In this document: positions 17,040-20,000 of the stretch, piece after piece
How positions within the stretch are numbered: the first letter of the stretch is position 1
How the letters are laid out: each line of letters starts with the position of its first letter
DNA from: Nitrospirota bacterium
GTDB taxonomy: Bacteria; JACPQY01
Assembly (NCBI GenBank): GCA_016180645.1
Contig: JACPAV010000028.1
Location: 55,606-75,605, forward strand
Direction of reading: 5' to 3'
DNA: 20,000 nucleotides
Notes under the pieces: model-generated
What the model was told of the DNA's origin: nothing
Database searches by the model: none
Seen by the model: the letters and a program-made list of their open reading frames with translations, nothing else
Program-made: the position numbers and the translations under genes

Positions 17040-18209
17040 ATGGCGCCGAAGGGAATCCTCCGCCAGCCGCCCGTGAGCTTCGACCATGCGCCGTTCATGG
17101 TCATCTGGGAAATCACGAGGGCTTGCGATCTCTCCTGTGTTCACTGTCGAGCCCAGGCCGAACCCGCCGGCCTCCCGAATCAGCTCGCCCCCGAGGAGGG
17201 TGAGGCGCTTCTGAAAACGATTTCCACCTTCGGGACGCCGCGTTCCCTCGTGATTCTGACCGGGGGCGACCCGTTCAAGCGCTCCGATGTGTTCCATCTG
17301 GTGAAATACGGCCGCGATCTCGGGCTCACCATGGCCGTGTCGCCTGCGGGCACGCCGCTGTTGACACGAGAAAATCTCACGCGGCTGAAGAAGGCCGGCG
17401 CCGGATCGATCTCGCTCTCGCTCGACGCCTCCACGCTTGATGCCCACGACGCCTTCCGCGGTGTCCCCGGTGTCTTCGAGAAGACCCTTGCGGGTTGGGA
17501 TGTGTGCAACTCGATCGTCCTCCCCGTGCAGATCAATACGACGGTCAACCGGAGAAACCTCCTCGATCTCCCGAACATCTTCCGGCTCGTGCAGAGCAAG
17601 GGGGCGATGACGTGGAGCCTGTTCTTCCTCGTGCCGATGGGTCGCGCGAAGAAGACGGACGACCTCACCGGGCAGCAGTACGAGGACGCGATGAATTTTC
17701 TGTACGACTGCTCAAAGTATGTTTCCGCCAAACACACGGAGGGGCATCATTTCAAACGCGTAGTGCTCCAACGCATGGCGGCGGAGAGGGGCGAGCCCAA
17801 GCTCGGCGAGCCGCCGGCGGTGGGACCAGCGTACCTCAAGCTGCGCTCGGACCTGGACCGCATCGTCGAAGAGGCACACATCAAGCCGAAAAAGGATGGG
17901 GTGGTCCGCCCGCCGCTCAACATCAACGCGGGCAAAGGTTTCGTCTTCATTTCGAGCACGGGCGACGTCTTCCCGTCGGGATTCCTTCCGATGCGCGTCG
18001 GAAACGTCCGCAGGGAATCCCTTGTGGATCTATACCGCGATCACCCCACATTTCGCGATCTCCGCAACCCCGATAAACTCAAGGGGAAGTGCGGGCAGTG
18101 CAACTTCAGGCAGTGGTGCGGAGGCTCGCGTTCACGCTCCTTCGCCTACACCGGTGATCCCTTCGCCGCCGAACCGCGCTGCATCTATCAGCCCCCTGCC
18201 GCATCCTGA
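17040..18209 (+). CDS. Radical SAM/SPASM protein, TIGR04053-like (AhbD/NirJ-related, probably tetrapyrrole/heme metabolism)
   Basis: WEITRACDLSCVHCRA (CxxxCxxC), LTGGDP, SLD..HDAFRG, QINTTV, WSLFFLVPMGRA, TEGHHFKR, GDVFPSGFLP, GKCGQC..RQWCGGSR, PRCIY. Start uncertain (ATG 17040 preferred; 16962 or 16914 possible). Confidence 0.88.
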   Translation: MAPKGILRQPPVSFDHAPFMVIWEITRACDLSCVHCRAQAEPAGLPNQLAPEEGEALLKTISTFGTPRSLVILTGGDPFKRSDVFHLVKYGRDLGLTMAVSPAGTPLLTRENLTRLKKAGAGSISLSLDASTLDAHDAFRGVPGVFEKTLAGWDVCNSIVLPVQINTTVNRRNLLDLPNIFRLVQSKGAMTWSLFFLVPMGRAKKTDDLTGQQYEDAMNFLYDCSKYVSAKHTEGHHFKRVVLQRMAAERGEPKLGEPPAVGPAYLKLRSDLDRIVEEAHIKPKKDGVVRPPLNINAGKGFVFISSTGDVFPSGFLPMRVGNVRRESLVDLYRDHPTFRDLRNPDKLKGKCGQCNFRQWCGGSRSRSFAYTGDPFAAEPRCIYQPPAAS

Positions 18210-18272
18210 TTTCCAATCTGAGATAAACCAAGTCCACAACAGTTCCCATTTTCGAGAGGACCGGTGTACACG

Positions 18273-18331
18273 AATATTGACCTTCGGCAACCTTCTGAAA
18301 ACACAGGACAAAACTGACGGTAGTCAATATT
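18273..18331. promoter_or_regulatory. Two putative FNR-type boxes upstream of the regulator
   Basis: TTGAC-CTTC-GGCAA (18277-90) and CTGAC-GGTA-GTCAA (18314-27); the outer halves form the inverted repeat AATATTGAC/GTCAATATT. Confidence 0.55.
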
Positions 18332-18366
18332 TCATGCTCAGCCTTGGCACGGGGGTTGCCTTACGA

Positions 18367-18459
18367 AGCTGTCAGCGATCAGCCTTCAGCGTTCAGCTTG
18401 GGAGGATCGAGTTACCGAGAAGCTGATGGCTGAATGCTGAATGCTGAAAGCTGAAAGCT
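18367..18459. repeat. Inverted heptamer array A (nnTCAGC x4 ... GCTGAnn x5)
   Basis: TCAGC at 18372, 18379, 18386, 18393; GCTGA at 18422, 18429, 18436, 18443, 18450. Confidence 0.9.
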
Positions 18460-18475
18460 GCTTATGGGAGGTACC

Positions 18476-19174
18476 ATGGCAAACTGTGAAGGCTGCCGAA
18501 TCCAGGATGACTGCTTTTTCTCCGGGGCCGAAGGTCCGGCGCGGGAGAGCATCAGCCGCCGCCTGGTGACGAATCGTTATAAGAAGAACCAGGTTATTCT
18601 CTACGAGGGGATCGAACCCCACGGGATCTACCTTCTCTGCGAGGGGAGGGCCAAGGTTTTCAAGTGCGATGAGTCCGGCCACCAACTCACCGTTCGGATC
18701 GAAGAACCCGGCGCGCTCCTCGGTTATCGTTCCCTGATCCTGGGTCAGACGTACGCGGCTTCCGTGGGAGTCATCGAACCTTCACGGGTCGCTTTTCTCG
18801 ACGAGCAATCCTTCTTCGCCTTGATTCGCCAAAGCAGCGCCCTCACGCTGAAGCTGATTCACAAGATGGCCGAGCGACTGGGAGAAGCGGAGGACAAGGC
18901 GCTCAAGATGGCCTTCCACGGCGCCTACCGACGCGTGGCGGAGATCCTCAACTCGGCCAAACCGTCCCAGCCCGGAAAACCGAACGGCCATGCGCCGGTA
19001 ATGCTCCCCATGCTCCGGCGGCAGGATCTGGCGGACCTGGCGGGTCTCGCTCTCGAAACGACCATCCGGGTCCTCAAGGACATGGAATCGAAAGGTCTCA
19101 TACGCCTAAAGGGAAAGGCCATCATGATTCTGGAATCGGCCAAACTCGAACAGACGGCGCAACCGGTTCACTGA
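18476..19174 (+). CDS. Crp/Fnr-family transcriptional regulator with FNR-like N-terminal Cys cluster, 232 aa
   Basis: SD GGGAGG then ATG 18476; MANCEGCRIQDDC (Cx2Cx5C); cNMP-fold (YKKNQVILYEG, GRAKVFK, PGALLG); HTH RQDLADLAGLALETTIRVL. Confidence 0.92.
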   Translation: MANCEGCRIQDDCFFSGAEGPARESISRRLVTNRYKKNQVILYEGIEPHGIYLLCEGRAKVFKCDESGHQLTVRIEEPGALLGYRSLILGQTYAASVGVIEPSRVAFLDEQSFFALIRQSSALTLKLIHKMAERLGEAEDKALKMAFHGAYRRVAEILNSAKPSQPGKPNGHAPVMLPMLRRQDLADLAGLALETTIRVLKDMESKGLIRLKGKAIMILESAKLEQTAQPVH

Positions 19175-19175
19175 G

Positions 19176-19299
19176 CAGTCAACAGTTGTCGGTCCACAGT
19201 GGTCCGTATGGGAAAGGGGCGACTTGGACAGTCGCGCGCCAGACCCCTCGGAACTGTTGACTGAGAACTGACAACTGAAAACGGATGGCCGATTGCCGA
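19176..19299. repeat. Inverted heptamer array B (CAGTnnn ... ACTGnnn) with structured spacer
   Basis: CAGT/CGGT/CCGT at 19176, 19183, 19190, 19197, 19204; ACTG/ACGG/GCCG at 19253, 19260, 19267, 19274, 19281, 19288, 19295. CAGTCAACAGT pairs with ACTGTTGACTG; inner stems AGGGG/CCCCT and GCGACT/AGTCGC. Confidence 0.85.
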
Positions 19300-19321
19300 C
19301 GGTTTCCCCATTTGCTAGGAT
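19293..19321 (+). promoter_or_regulatory. Sigma70 promoter of the USP gene, leaderless
   Basis: TTGCCG (19293-98), 17-bp spacer, extended -10 TGcTAGGAT (19313-21), 7 nt, then ATG 19329. Confidence 0.6.
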
Positions 19322-19328
19322 GGCCGCG

Positions 19329-19784
19329 ATGTTCGACAACATTCTCGTTCCCACGGATTTCTCCCCCTTCTCCCGCATGGCGGAAAAAATGGCTTTGGAC
19401 CTCGCGAAGGAGAGTCGGGGCAAGCTCCTCCTCCTCCACGTGATCGACCCCTATTTCGAGCGATTGCCCTACTTGGTTTCCGCCCGCCTCACGCGCGGAA
19501 AGGTTCGCCGCGGCGCACTCGATCAAATGAGGAAGGAATTGAAATGGGTCCGGGCGCCGGGCGTGAAAGTGGAGAGCCGCGTTGCCAGCGGCTCGCCTCC
19601 GGAAGCCATCCTCCGGAGCGCAAAAGATTTCCGTGCCGATTTGATCGTTCTGGGTACACACGGCCGCACCGGCATCGAACATCTGCTCTTGGGAAGCGTG
19701 GCCGAGAAAATTCTCCGCCTCGCCCCGTGCCCCGTCCTCACTCTCCGAAAAAACATCCCCGAAGAAATCCTCGAAGAGCTCTAG
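19329..19784 (+). CDS. Universal stress protein (UspA family), 151 aa
   Basis: MFDNILVPTDFS, LLHV, GSP.EAIL, ADLIVLGTHGRTG, LLGSVAEKILRLAPCPVL. Confidence 0.95.
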   Translation: MFDNILVPTDFSPFSRMAEKMALDLAKESRGKLLLLHVIDPYFERLPYLVSARLTRGKVRRGALDQMRKELKWVRAPGVKVESRVASGSPPEAILRSAKDFRADLIVLGTHGRTGIEHLLLGSVAEKILRLAPCPVLTLRKNIPEEILEEL

Positions 19785-19905
19785 GCCCGCCCGACGGGGT
19801 CCGGGGTCTCCTTCGCCCATTTCGGACGGCCACCCCGTTTCCCCAATGTCCTGACCTTAGCTCGACTTTTGCCATTTTTTGAAAGGTTTATGTTGGTCCT
19901 TATGC

Positions 19906-20000
19906 GTAGGGGAGGGTCTTCAGACCCTCCCGACAAGAGGGAGCAAGTAGGGGAGGGTCTTCAGACCCTCCCGACAAGAGGGAGCATCTGAAGATGCTCC
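19906..20000. repeat. GTAG-family REP cluster (REPIN/BIME-like), truncated by the window end
   Basis: GTAG-GGGAGGGTCT-TC-AGACCCTCCC at 19906 and 19947 (41-bp period, identical linker GACAAGA), then the inverted variant GGGAGCATCTGAAGATGCTCC at 19980-20000. Confidence 0.92.

Noticed and set aside
18386-19423. Minus-strand ORFs 18386-18685 and 19106-19423
   Set aside because: Their low-complexity segments (QLSAFSIQHSAIS, SVFSCQFSVNS) are translations of the heptamer arrays; the rest is antisense to real genes.
19794-19838. Terminator after the USP gene (ACGGGGT...ACCCCGT)
   Set aside because: Interrupted stem with a large loop and only a short U-run; not well enough supported.
19906-20000. 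Start of a CRISPR array
   Set aside because: The intervening sequences are identical and short, the third unit is inverted, GTAG-hairpin architecture is that of REPs, and no cas genes are present.

Overview
High-GC bacterial window. The protein content looks deltaproteobacterial/Myxococcota-like, which is inference only. It holds 14 credible CDSs. Left: a minus-strand unit of a fold-type III PLP enzyme, an M19 dipeptidase and two tandem paralogous lipase-like alpha/beta-hydrolase lipoproteins; the second runs off the window and is missing from the ORF track. Middle: saccharopine-dehydrogenase-like reductase, amidase, an SDR-MMPL-ArsC operon and a 1006-aa PHP-fold (CehA/McbA-like) metallohydrolase. 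Right: a REP-associated HUH/Y1 tyrosine transposase (RAYT) and a probable low-oxygen module (TIGR04053/AhbD-like radical SAM, FNR-like regulator, universal stress protein). The most unusual content is non-coding, with four separate small-repeat systems. (1) A non-GTAG repeat (GGTGACAGTATAC, 5 copies) brackets the RAYT and recurs 8 kb away as a gene-less 57-bp hairpin supplying the stop codons of two convergent genes. (2) A GTAG-type REP cluster shows compensatory base changes. (3) Period-7 inverted heptamer arrays flank the FNR-like gene, with an orphan arm inside a signal-peptide coding region. (4) A 72-bp in-frame hairpin cassette is inserted in arsC. Several genes also appear to be leaderless.
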